This document shows positions 36,954 to 45,969 of a stretch of 64,000 bases of DNA, piece by piece. This DNA is from an uncultured delta proteobacterium (GTDB taxonomy: Bacteria > Desulfobacterota > Binatia > UBA9968), in contig CAVSHR010000004.1 in NCBI GenBank assembly GCA_963727625.1, forward strand, positions 891,850-955,849, in the 5' to 3' direction. The translations under genes were made by a program, and so were the position numbers. Position 1 is the first letter of the stretch. The number at the start of each line of letters is the position of its first letter. Below the pieces are notes generated by a model that worked only from the letters and a program-made list of their open reading frames with translations, had not been told where the DNA came from and ran no database searches.

Positions 36954-37925
36954 CTACACATAGTGCTGAATCCGCTCCAGGCTGGGCGCGAAGAACAGCT
37001 CTTCGACCTTCGGCTTTTTCTTGATCATCCCCTGCTCATACTCGTACCGAATCACCGCTTCAAGCGCCTTGCGGTTTTCTTCGAGATTGTAAGGCCAGGG
37101 ATCGGCGCCGAAGATTTCCTTCTGCTCGCGCATCAGATCCTGCACCCAGACCAGCGCGAAACTGCGCGGGTCGCTGTTGCGCGCGTAGCAGATTTCCTTG
37201 GCCTTCTGAAACGCCCGCACCAGGCTGATGCCCACCCAGGGATGCCTTTCGAGAATCGGATTCTTGACCACCACGGTATGCATGATCGGAAAGAAGCCGC
37301 CGTTTTTGTAGTATTCGATTTCCGCTTTTTTCGGCGCGGGGAAAAGCAACGCAACCTTCGGGTTGCTGTTTCGGATCGACGGCAGGGTTTCCGGGTAGAG
37401 CGCCGCATCGAGCTCGCCATCGAGCAACATCTGATCGACGTTTTTCCCCGTCGGCACGCGTCGCACGTTCATCCACTTGGCCGGCTCAAAGGCAATATCC
37501 TCCTCTTCCTGACACCACCATTCGATGGTCTTGAGATCGACGTCGTAATGATCCTGCAAGATGCCGCGCATCCATAGCCCCGCGGAATTTTGCAGCGTGT
37601 CCAGGCCGACTCGTTTGCCGTTCAGATCGGACGGTTTTTCGATATCGCAGCCGGTGCGCTTCACCATGTACTGATGGCGAAACCGGCGGTGCGGAAAGAC
37701 CGGAATCGCGTTGTAGTTGCAGCCCTTGTCGCGGGACACGAGATAGCCAACCAGGGACAATTCACAGACATCAAATTCCTCGTGCCGCAGCATGCGGCCA
37801 TGGCGCTCAGGCGACGGCATCGTCAAGACGTTGAGCTCGATGCCCTGAGGTTGAATTTCGCCGTTGATCAGCGGCCGCAGAAAATCGTAATCGCCGCAGG
37901 CGAGCGTGAGTTGCAGTTTGGCCAT
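36954..37925 (-). CDS. Periplasmic-binding-protein-fold enzyme similar to 4,5-dihydroxyphthalate decarboxylase
   Basis: The N-terminus LACGDYDFLRPLINGEIQPQGIEL...FDVCELSL...IPVFPHRRFRH matches my recollection of PhtD-type decarboxylases. There is no signal peptide. Confidence 0.65.
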   Translation of the reverse strand: MAKLQLTLACGDYDFLRPLINGEIQPQGIELNVLTMPSPERHGRMLRHEEFDVCELSLVGYLVSRDKGCNYNAIPVFPHRRFRHQYMVKRTGCDIEKPSDLNGKRVGLDTLQNSAGLWMRGILQDHYDVDLKTIEWWCQEEEDIAFEPAKWMNVRRVPTGKNVDQMLLDGELDAALYPETLPSIRNSNPKVALLFPAPKKAEIEYYKNGGFFPIMHTVVVKNPILERHPWVGISLVRAFQKAKEICYARNSDPRSFALVWVQDLMREQKEIFGADPWPYNLEENRKALEAVIRYEYEQGMIKKKPKVEELFFAPSLERIQHYV

Positions 37926-38516
37926 TCATTCTCCTTTGACATGTTGACGGAAAAGCTCGGGAGTGTCGATGTCGACCGTGATCCCTTCCTGGTCGGTCTC
38001 GATCTCGAGGGTGTCATCACGGTGCGCATTCACGACGGCTTTGGCACCTTGATCCATCGGCGCCGCCAGCAGTTCGGCGAAAAGAGCCCGCGAAAAAATC
38101 ACCGGGTGTCCTCTCCTGCCCTCGCGGCGAGGCACCACGATAAGTTTTTGCGACTCATAAAAGCGACGTATCATCTCATCGACCAATATGGGATCGATGT
38201 AGGGATGATCGACCAGATGGACCAGCATCCCCTCGCAATCGGCTTCCGACTCTAAGCGCCGCACGGCAACTTGCAGCGAGGATAATTGGCCGCGCATATA
38301 ATCCGAATTGACTAAAATTTCGACGGGAAGATGCTCGATGCGCCGCCTCATGTCCTCGGCGTTGTGGCCGAGAATCACGATCACCTTGCTGACAGAGCTC
38401 TGCTTAAGGGCGCTGACGATTCTCTCGATGAACGTTTGACCATCAATTGGCAACAGCGCTTTGGGCCGGCCCATGCGGCTCGATTCGCCCGCGGACAGAA
38501 CGACGGCAACGATCAT
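37926..38516 (-). CDS. mocA: MobA-like NTP transferase, probably molybdenum cofactor cytidylyltransferase
   Basis: It reads LSAGESSRMGRPKALLPIDGQTF... The stop abuts the start of the downstream gene. Confidence 0.7.
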   Translation of the reverse strand: MIVAVVLSAGESSRMGRPKALLPIDGQTFIERIVSALKQSSVSKVIVILGHNAEDMRRRIEHLPVEILVNSDYMRGQLSSLQVAVRRLESEADCEGMLVHLVDHPYIDPILVDEMIRRFYESQKLIVVPRREGRRGHPVIFSRALFAELLAAPMDQGAKAVVNAHRDDTLEIETDQEGITVDIDTPELFRQHVKGE

Positions 38517-38531
38517 GGCCTGGTTTAAGAC

Positions 38532-39524
38532 CTATTGATAAACCTTATCGATAAAGCCGCTCTTATCGAGCTCCCTTACGATGCTGTTGTCGACGATGTC
38601 GTCGACGCGCAATGAAGCGCCTCTTCTTCTTGCCAGCGCGTCCTTGATCTGGACTTCGGTGCCTTCCCGCGTGACCAGCGGCACTTTGTCATAGAGCTTG
38701 GCCACCGCGTTGTAAGAATCTTCCAGATAGGCAGGATTGGTCTGCTTGCTGTATCTGGCGATCAGTTTTTTGCTCTCTTCTTTACGGGTTTTGAAATAGT
38801 GGGTAGCCTCGATCAAACCCATCAGGACCCGCTTGACGGTGTCCCGATGGCCGGTGAGATAGGACTTGGTCGTGGTGGCGCAAATATAAGGAAACTCGAA
38901 GCGCGTTTGGAAATCGGCGGTGCTGATCAACACCCGATGGGGCATTCCCTGGGCCAATTGAATAATCCCCGGCGGAGAAGGAAAGCCAGCGATTCGGCCG
39001 CTCCGAAAGGCGCCGGCTCTCTCGGGCGCGCCGCCCACTTGCAGAATCGGCACGTCTTTAACCGGCTCCAGACCCAGTCCCCTGATCAGAACCCGCGCCG
39101 CTACGTCCGACGCGCTGCCCACTCGGCTGATGCCGATGCTTTTCCCTTTAAGATCCTCCGCGGATTTGATCGACTGCTGCACAACCAGCTCGTAGGGAAG
39201 CGTGTTGAGCATGCAGCCTACCATCACGAGATGTGCACCGCCTACGGCGGCGCTGGCCACGCCTCCCCCGGACGCGTTCCCGATCGGAACGTCACCGGCA
39301 ATGATGCTGGAAACGGCTGTCGTGGTGCTCGGAATATAGATCAGTTGGCTGTCAAGGCCGTTCTTCTTGAAAAAACCCGCGTCCTGGGCCGTATACCAAA
39401 CCGCGTTGCTCGCATCCACCGAGCTATAGTCCATTTTGATTTGCACTTGCGCGCGGGCGGCGGCGTGCCAGCACAACATACTCCAGAACAATGCGAAGAT
39501 TACCGTCCTCCAACGCATATCCAT
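38532..39524 (-). CDS. NMT1/THI5-like ABC substrate-binding protein
   Basis: It has signal peptide MDMRWRTVIFALFWSMLCWHAAARA and is a paralogue of 48438 and 57401. The start was trimmed from 39590. Confidence 0.75.
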   Translation of the reverse strand: MDMRWRTVIFALFWSMLCWHAAARAQVQIKMDYSSVDASNAVWYTAQDAGFFKKNGLDSQLIYIPSTTTAVSSIIAGDVPIGNASGGGVASAAVGGAHLVMVGCMLNTLPYELVVQQSIKSAEDLKGKSIGISRVGSASDVAARVLIRGLGLEPVKDVPILQVGGAPERAGAFRSGRIAGFPSPPGIIQLAQGMPHRVLISTADFQTRFEFPYICATTTKSYLTGHRDTVKRVLMGLIEATHYFKTRKEESKKLIARYSKQTNPAYLEDSYNAVAKLYDKVPLVTREGTEVQIKDALARRRGASLRVDDIVDNSIVRELDKSGFIDKVYQ

Positions 39525-39662
39525 GTATCGCGATCCTCCTGTCAAGAATATTTGCCGGAAACCTATCCTTTTTCCCTGGCAGAGAACCAATTAAACTCTA
39601 CAGCGCAGAATGAATCAACCAATTCGGCGAGCGGGAAGAAGGGATTGCGCAAGCCAGGGCAC

Positions 39663-40763
39663 TTATTCAGCCGGCAGCGCCATGCATTCGCCGGCCGGCA
39701 GCTCAACCCAAACCGGCGTGCCGCGGCGCACTTGCAAGGTGTAACGTTGGTGGGTCTGCAAGGTATTCTTACCGAGCTCGATGGCGCATTCGAGATATTC
39801 GCCGAGAAACATCGCCGCGCCGACTTTGCCCTCGATAACATTGCCGTCCTTTGCGGGTTTTTCCAGAAGTACATTGATGCTTTCCGGCCGCACCACCACG
39901 ACGACCTTGCTGCCCACCGACAGGCCATCAAGCAACATGCATTTGAGCCTGCCGTCATCGGTCTTAACCTCTCCCGAGCCGTCGGATTCGACTTTGGAAA
40001 CCTCGCCGGTCATCTGATTGGTTGAACCGATAAAGTTGGCGACGAATTTACTTTTTGGCTGCAGGTAAACCTCGCGCGGCGCGCCTTCCTGGATGATCAC
40101 GCCGGCATTCATGATCGCGATTTTATTCGACATCGACAGCGCTTCGATCTGATCGTGGGTAACGTAAAGCGTGGTGATCCTCAGGCGGCGCTGCAGTTCA
40201 CGCAGCTCGAAGCGCATGCGTTCGCGTAGCTTGGCGTCCAAATTGCTCAAAGGTTCGTCCAGTAGCAAGACCTGCGGCTCGCGCACCAGCGCCCGAGCCA
40301 ACGCGAGGCGCTGCTGCTGGCCGCCGGACAACTGCGTCGCCATGCGTTCTTCGTAGCTGTCTAACTCCACCTGGGCGAGCGCGTTGCGCACTTTCTTATG
40401 GACATCACTATTGCTAAAGCGCTGCTTGCCGACGCGCAAGGGAAATGCCACGTTTTCGAACACGGTAAGATGAGGCCAGATCGCGTAGCTTTGGAATACC
40501 ATGCCAATCGGCCGGCGATAGGCAGGCACAAAGGTTCGTTCAGAAGCTGAATAAACCTTTGTTCCCGACACGATGATTTCACCCTCATTGGCTTTTTCCA
40601 AACCGGCGATACAGCGAAGCGTCGTGGTTTTACCGCAGCCGGATGGCCCGAGCAGCGTATAAAAGCGACCTTCCTCGACGGTGAACGAAATGTCGTTGAC
40701 CGCCTTGACGCCGGCATTGTCGCCATCCTCGTATATCTTAACCAGAGACTTAACCTCTACCAC
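39663..40763 (-). CDS. ABC transporter ATP-binding protein (Fe3+/spermidine-putrescine PotA/FbpC type)
   Basis: It has Walker A GPSGCGKTT, LSGGQQQR, LLLDEP and a C-terminal TOBE-like region. Confidence 0.9.
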   Translation of the reverse strand: MVEVKSLVKIYEDGDNAGVKAVNDISFTVEEGRFYTLLGPSGCGKTTTLRCIAGLEKANEGEIIVSGTKVYSASERTFVPAYRRPIGMVFQSYAIWPHLTVFENVAFPLRVGKQRFSNSDVHKKVRNALAQVELDSYEERMATQLSGGQQQRLALARALVREPQVLLLDEPLSNLDAKLRERMRFELRELQRRLRITTLYVTHDQIEALSMSNKIAIMNAGVIIQEGAPREVYLQPKSKFVANFIGSTNQMTGEVSKVESDGSGEVKTDDGRLKCMLLDGLSVGSKVVVVVRPESINVLLEKPAKDGNVIEGKVGAAMFLGEYLECAIELGKNTLQTHQRYTLQVRRGTPVWVELPAGECMALPAE

Positions 40764-40781
40764 AGACAGCCTCGTAAATTC

Positions 40782-42506
40782 TTATGATTGAATACCGACC
40801 TTGCCGGTAAGCTTGTAAAAGAGCGCCACGATGCTCAATAGCGTGGCAATCATCAAGACACCGATCGCGGCAACGACCGTGACTTGGCCCTGCTCGAACA
40901 TGGTAAACAATAAAATCGACAGCACCCGGCTTTCGCCGGTGGCAAGCAGAACCGAAGTGGAAAATTCCCGAAACGAAACGATAAAGATGTAAATCCAGCC
41001 CGCCACCAGTCCTGGCCGCAACAGCGGCAAGGTCACCCGCTTGAAGCTTTCCCACCACGAAGCGCCGGAAGCCGACGCGGCCTCCTCAAGCTCGCTGTGA
41101 ATTTGCAGGATCGAGCCTGAAGCCGAGCGCATGCCGTAGGGTATATAGCGGGTTACATAGGCAATCAGCAAAACCCAGATGGTGCCGTAGATCGGAATCG
41201 GAAAAGCGACGTAGAGCAGAATCAGCGCCATGCCCATGACGATACCCGGAATCGTAATCGGCACAAAAGCGAGAAAGTCCAGTATCCAAGCACCGCGGAG
41301 CTTGCTCTTGTAGACGATCCACGCGACCAATGACGTCAACACCATCGCAACCGTCGCAGTAAGCGTCGCCAGGATGATGCTGTTTTTCATCGCGTCCCAA
41401 AATGGCCGAAAGCTCCCAAGATAGCGATAATTGTCGAGGCTGAGTTTATCCAGAGCGTCCCATCCAGGCGTGGCAAAAAATGGCAGGAACGAAGCCCAAA
41501 ACAATACCAGAAAAGGCAGCAGCACAACGCATAGAAAATAAGTCAGTAAAAAGCCCAGGCCGACCCAGCGCCAGGTGCCCAGGTCGAATTGGCGCGGCCT
41601 AAACGCCTTGCCCGTAACGGTTTGAAACTTCTTGCCTTCCTTGGTCGCCCGCGTATACAGCCACACGCCGACCGCGCTTAATAACAGCAGCCCCACCGCC
41701 AATGCACCGCCGCGGCCGTAGTCGGGGGGGTACTCGTTGAAAGCCAGGTAAATTTCACTGGTGTAAACGTAAATTCGCGCCGGAATACCGATCAGCGCGG
41801 GGGTCTCGAACGACTCGAGAGTGCGGACAAAGAGAATCAACAAGACCGATCCGGCAGTCGGCATGAGCAAGCGCAGAGTGATGCGCTTGAAGGTTTGTAA
41901 GGTGCCGGCGCCGGACATCATGGCCGATTCCTCAAGAGACGGATCCATGGACTTGAACGCAGCCACCATGAGCAGAAACGCCAGCGGCACCTGTCCCACC
42001 GAGTGCACCCAAATCATCCCGGGCAGGGAAAAAACGTTGAACGGCGCCGACTGCAGTCCAAACAGGCTCATCAGCCACACGTTAAGGTAGCCGAATTTCG
42101 GACTGAGCAGAAAAATCCACGCGATGGCCTCCAATACCCCCGGAAGAATCAACGGCACGACGGCAAGCGGAACGAAGATCGCCCGCAGCGGCGTATTGGT
42201 GCGCTCGGTCAGCCAAGCGAGCGATGTTCCAAGGAGAAAGGATAATATCGCCGAGCCCGACGCGAAGATCAAGGAATTCATGAACGTCGAGTAGGTGTAC
42301 TGGCTGGCGTACGCGGCCTGATAGTTCTTCAGAGTATATACGAACTCGCGCGGCGCCACCTCGGCTTGAAAGCTGCCGATGAGCAGCATCAACAGCGGCA
42401 AGACCGCCAGATAGATGAGGATTCCGGCGCCGACCAACGGAATCAGCAACGCCGGATCCAAAGAAAAGCTCACTCTGCCGGTGCGAGGCAATGTGGCAGT
42501 CGCCAT
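40782..42506 (-). CDS. ABC transporter permease, fused double-domain (FbpB-like)
   Basis: The 574-aa ORF has about 12 TM helices and two repeated permease halves. Confidence 0.85.
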   Translation of the reverse strand: MATATLPRTGRVSFSLDPALLIPLVGAGILIYLAVLPLLMLLIGSFQAEVAPREFVYTLKNYQAAYASQYTYSTFMNSLIFASGSAILSFLLGTSLAWLTERTNTPLRAIFVPLAVVPLILPGVLEAIAWIFLLSPKFGYLNVWLMSLFGLQSAPFNVFSLPGMIWVHSVGQVPLAFLLMVAAFKSMDPSLEESAMMSGAGTLQTFKRITLRLLMPTAGSVLLILFVRTLESFETPALIGIPARIYVYTSEIYLAFNEYPPDYGRGGALAVGLLLLSAVGVWLYTRATKEGKKFQTVTGKAFRPRQFDLGTWRWVGLGFLLTYFLCVVLLPFLVLFWASFLPFFATPGWDALDKLSLDNYRYLGSFRPFWDAMKNSIILATLTATVAMVLTSLVAWIVYKSKLRGAWILDFLAFVPITIPGIVMGMALILLYVAFPIPIYGTIWVLLIAYVTRYIPYGMRSASGSILQIHSELEEAASASGASWWESFKRVTLPLLRPGLVAGWIYIFIVSFREFSTSVLLATGESRVLSILLFTMFEQGQVTVVAAIGVLMIATLLSIVALFYKLTGKVGIQS

Positions 42507-42562
42507 AGATCACCTTTATGAGATAACTGCTATGAGATAACTGCGGTGAAGTTTAGCCGCAG

Positions 42563-43579
42563 TTATCTCAACCTGAAAATTTCCTTCCAAATCTTCTCGT
42601 ATTTCGGAAATTCTTTGATGTCATTTGCGGTGATAAAATAGGTTTTTTCCGTGCGGGTCTTCTCGACCGGTTCGACCTTGGGATGAGCCGGGGTGCGCCC
42701 GCCTTGTGACATGACTTTTTGCCCCTCGAGGCTCGCTATCCAGCGGGCGAACAACAGCGCGGTGTTCGGATGTGGCGCATCTTTGAAGATCGCCGTACCG
42801 TTGATCGAAGCCACGCCTTCGGTCAACATGTAATTGACCGGCGCGCCTTTCTTGATCCGGCGCGGGTAATGGTGCGAGTAGCAGGTCAAACAAGCCGCCG
42901 CTTGGCCGGCGACCAACAATTCGGCCAACTGGGAATGTCCCTTGTGAAATTCGACATTTTGCGCGGCGATTTTTTTCCAGAAATCGATCGCCTTCTCGTC
43001 GCTCTTGAACCGATACTTAGCGAAGGCCAGAAGCATTTCCAGGTCCCGCGGCTCGGCGATCAAGCGATTCTTCCAGCGCGGCTGGAGAAAATCGTCGTAG
43101 GATTTAGGCTCCTCGTCTTTCTTGACCAGATTGGTATTCCAGGCTGCGATAAAATACTGCAAGTCCGACGCTACCCAAAACGGACCCTTTAAGCCAGTGG
43201 GATACGCCGCGGATTCAGGTAATTGGGTATCGAGCAGCAAGCGCTGATCGTGGGCTTGGACGACATTTTCCAATGGGATCTGTAAAATATCGCCAAAAGT
43301 TTTGCCACCGCGCGCCTCGGTTACGGCGCGAGCGACCAATTTATCGGATGTCGCATCGACATGATTGACTTTTATGCCGGGAAAACGCTTTTCAAATACC
43401 GGTAAGATCCTCTCGGCATTGATCTGCGCCAGGGTGCCGTAGAAATTGAGCGTGCCGCCTTCTTTCACCGCCTTTTTATGGATTTCATCGAGGGTTTCGG
43501 CTCTCGCGCTGGAAACGCTTATCAGCCCAAGCAACAACACTGCTAAATTCAAAAAGCAAAATCGCTTCACCAATACCAT
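42563..43579 (-). CDS. Extracellular solute-binding protein (ferric-type family 1), tandem paralogue 1
   Basis: It has a signal peptide (MVLVKRFCFLNLAVLLLGLISVSSARA) and a GGAGG SD before the ATG at 43579. It is collinear with the three upstream paralogues. Confidence 0.85.
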   Translation of the reverse strand: MVLVKRFCFLNLAVLLLGLISVSSARAETLDEIHKKAVKEGGTLNFYGTLAQINAERILPVFEKRFPGIKVNHVDATSDKLVARAVTEARGGKTFGDILQIPLENVVQAHDQRLLLDTQLPESAAYPTGLKGPFWVASDLQYFIAAWNTNLVKKDEEPKSYDDFLQPRWKNRLIAEPRDLEMLLAFAKYRFKSDEKAIDFWKKIAAQNVEFHKGHSQLAELLVAGQAAACLTCYSHHYPRRIKKGAPVNYMLTEGVASINGTAIFKDAPHPNTALLFARWIASLEGQKVMSQGGRTPAHPKVEPVEKTRTEKTYFITANDIKEFPKYEKIWKEIFRLR

Positions 43580-43609
43580 ATCAAAAAACCTCCAGTTAAA
43601 TTTGTAGCG

Positions 43610-43658
43610 ACGGCGGGCGCCAACCACGTCCGGTTTTCTACCAATTGGCGCCCGCCGT
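43610..43658. repeat. Perfect 14-bp inverted repeat (intercistronic stem-loop)
   Basis: ACGGCGGGCGCCAA (43610..43623) pairs with TTGGCGCCCGCCGT (43645..43658) around a 21-nt loop. It lies between binding-protein genes 2 and 1. Confidence 0.55.
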
Positions 43659-43686
43659 TTCAATACACCGATCCTATTGGGGAGGG

Positions 43687-44709
43687 TTACCTCAGCTTGA
43701 AGATTTCCTTCCAAATCTTTTCGTACTTGGCAAATTGCGCTACGTCGTCGGCACCGATGGCGTAAATCTTCTTAGGCCGCACGGGAGACACGGGTTCGAC
43801 CTTGGGATGCGCAGGCGTGCGGCCGCCCTTGGCATAAACCTCCTGGCCCCCCTTGGACTCCGCCCAGCGCGCAAACAGCCTAGCCGTATTCGGATGGGGC
43901 GCGTCTTTCGCAACCGCGACCGCTATGATTCCGGCTATCCCTTCCGACAGCATATAACCCAACGGCGCACCTTTCTTAATTCGCGGGGGATAATGATGCG
44001 AGTAACAAGTAAAACAAGCCGCCGCCTGTCCCGCTACCAGCAGCTCCGCGAGATCTGAGTGCCCCTTGTGAAACTCGACGTTATTCGCGGCGATTTTCGT
44101 CAGGGTGGCACGGGCCTTTTCCAGGCTATTGTATTTATGCATCAAGCCGATGACCATCTCGGCGTCGCGCGGCTCGGCGATCAGCCGGTTCTTCCAGCGC
44201 GGATCGGCAAAGTCATCGAAGGTTTTCGGTTCCTCCGACTTTTTGACCTTGTCGGTGTTCCAGGCGCCGACGAAAAAGATCAGATTGTTGGCGAGCCAAT
44301 AGCTGCCCTTCATATCCTTGGGATAGTCGGCCGCTTCGGGGATCGGTTTATCCAATAATAACTTCTGCTCGTACAGCTGATTGATATTCTCGAGACCGAA
44401 TTCAAACACGTCGGAGAATACTTTGCCGCCGCGAGCCTCGGTAATCGCTCTCACTGCTAGCTTGTCGGAAGTCGCGTCGACATGGTTGATTTTGATGCCC
44501 GGAAAACGCTTTTCGAATACCGGGTAAATTTTTTCCGCGTTGATCTGCGCCAGCGAACAATAGCAATTGAGCACGCCTTCTTCCTTGAGCGCCTTCTTAT
44601 AAAGCTCGTCCATTGTCTCCGCGCGCGTCCCTTGCGCTAGGCCGAGCAGAAATAAAGCGGTCAGACCACCGAGAAACAAACCTTTCTTCATACTTCCTTT
44701 ATCTACCAT
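43687..44709 (-). CDS. Extracellular solute-binding protein, tandem paralogue 2
   Basis: It has an AAGGAGG SD and a signal peptide, and ends KYEKIWKEIFKLR like its neighbours. Confidence 0.85.
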   Translation of the reverse strand: MVDKGSMKKGLFLGGLTALFLLGLAQGTRAETMDELYKKALKEEGVLNCYCSLAQINAEKIYPVFEKRFPGIKINHVDATSDKLAVRAITEARGGKVFSDVFEFGLENINQLYEQKLLLDKPIPEAADYPKDMKGSYWLANNLIFFVGAWNTDKVKKSEEPKTFDDFADPRWKNRLIAEPRDAEMVIGLMHKYNSLEKARATLTKIAANNVEFHKGHSDLAELLVAGQAAACFTCYSHHYPPRIKKGAPLGYMLSEGIAGIIAVAVAKDAPHPNTARLFARWAESKGGQEVYAKGGRTPAHPKVEPVSPVRPKKIYAIGADDVAQFAKYEKIWKEIFKLR

Positions 44710-44822
44710 GAATCCTCCTTGGTTATTTCAATTGAGCATTTGCAGCCGCTTAGAGCCCTGGGCTCCCCACGCCTTTGTAACTGCCTACAGGCCTAAATCA
44801 AGCGACTTGGCCCAAAACTCAG

Positions 44823-45848
44823 CTATCGCAGTTTGAAAACGTCCCTCCATATCTTCTCGTACTTCTTCCAGTCTTTGATCTCTTCGGTGCCGATCGGATA
44901 GATTTTCTCTGGACGAATTTTGTCCTTGGGATCCACCTTGGGATGTGCCGGATTTCGGCCACCTTGCGCATAGACCTTCTGTCCCTCCTCGCTGCCCGCC
45001 CATCGCGCGAAAAGCAGCGCGGTATTCGGGTGCGGTGCCCCCTTGGCCAGCGCCGTCGCGTTTATCGTTGCGATCCCTTCAGTCAGCATGTACCCCACCG
45101 GAGCACCTTTCCTTATGCGCGACGGGTAATGATGAGAATAGCAGGTGATGCAGGCCGCGGACTGTCCGGCCACCAGCAACTCCGCGAGATCGGAGTGACC
45201 TTTGTGAAACTCGACATTATTGGCGGCAATTTTCTTGATCAGGCTAATAGCCTTCTCATCGTTTTTGAATTTATGCCGGGCCAACCCTATGAGCAACTCA
45301 ACGTCCCGCGGCTCGCCGATCAATTTGCCTTTCCATTTAGGATCAGCGAAATCGTCGAATTGCGTCGGCTCATCGCCTTTTTTAACTTTGTTTGTATTCC
45401 AAGCCGCTGTCATGATCGTTATCGAGCTAGCCAGCCAATATGTGCCTTTCATGTTGGCCGGATAGGCGGCAGCCTCCGGTTGGGCTTGATCGAGCGTCAG
45501 CTTTTGTTCGTGAAGCTGCAAGATATTTTCCAAAGAGATTTGAAAAACATCTGCAAATATCCTGCCGCCGCGGGCTTCGGTGATCGCTCGCACCGCCAGT
45601 TTATCCGCGGTCGCGTCGACGTGATTGATTTTAATGCCGGGAAAGCGCTTCTCGAACACTGGCAGTATTTTGGCCGCGTTGATCTGTGCGAGGGTACCGT
45701 AAAAATTAAGCGTGCCTTTTTCTTTAAGGGCTTTCTGATAGAGCTCGTCTAAGGTTTCGGCGCGTGCTCCCGGTGTCACGCCGAGCAGAAATAGCGCTAT
45801 CGCCCCAACGAACGTAGTTAGGGATCGCATTTTTCGCATACCGACCAT
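44823..45848 (-). CDS. Extracellular solute-binding protein, tandem paralogue 3
   Basis: An AAGGAGG SD precedes the ATG at 45848 (MVGMRKMRS...). It is very similar to paralogue 4. Confidence 0.85.
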   Translation of the reverse strand: MVGMRKMRSLTTFVGAIALFLLGVTPGARAETLDELYQKALKEKGTLNFYGTLAQINAAKILPVFEKRFPGIKINHVDATADKLAVRAITEARGGRIFADVFQISLENILQLHEQKLTLDQAQPEAAAYPANMKGTYWLASSITIMTAAWNTNKVKKGDEPTQFDDFADPKWKGKLIGEPRDVELLIGLARHKFKNDEKAISLIKKIAANNVEFHKGHSDLAELLVAGQSAACITCYSHHYPSRIRKGAPVGYMLTEGIATINATALAKGAPHPNTALLFARWAGSEEGQKVYAQGGRNPAHPKVDPKDKIRPEKIYPIGTEEIKDWKKYEKIWRDVFKLR

Positions 45849-45969
45849 GAAACCTCCTTTTTCTACGGTCACCACAATACTGCGAGACTACTATCGATTC
45901 ACCCGCTCGCTCTAAACTGAATCGCTCCGTCCACGCCCTTGGGTCACAATGCCCAGGGGCAAACCAAAT

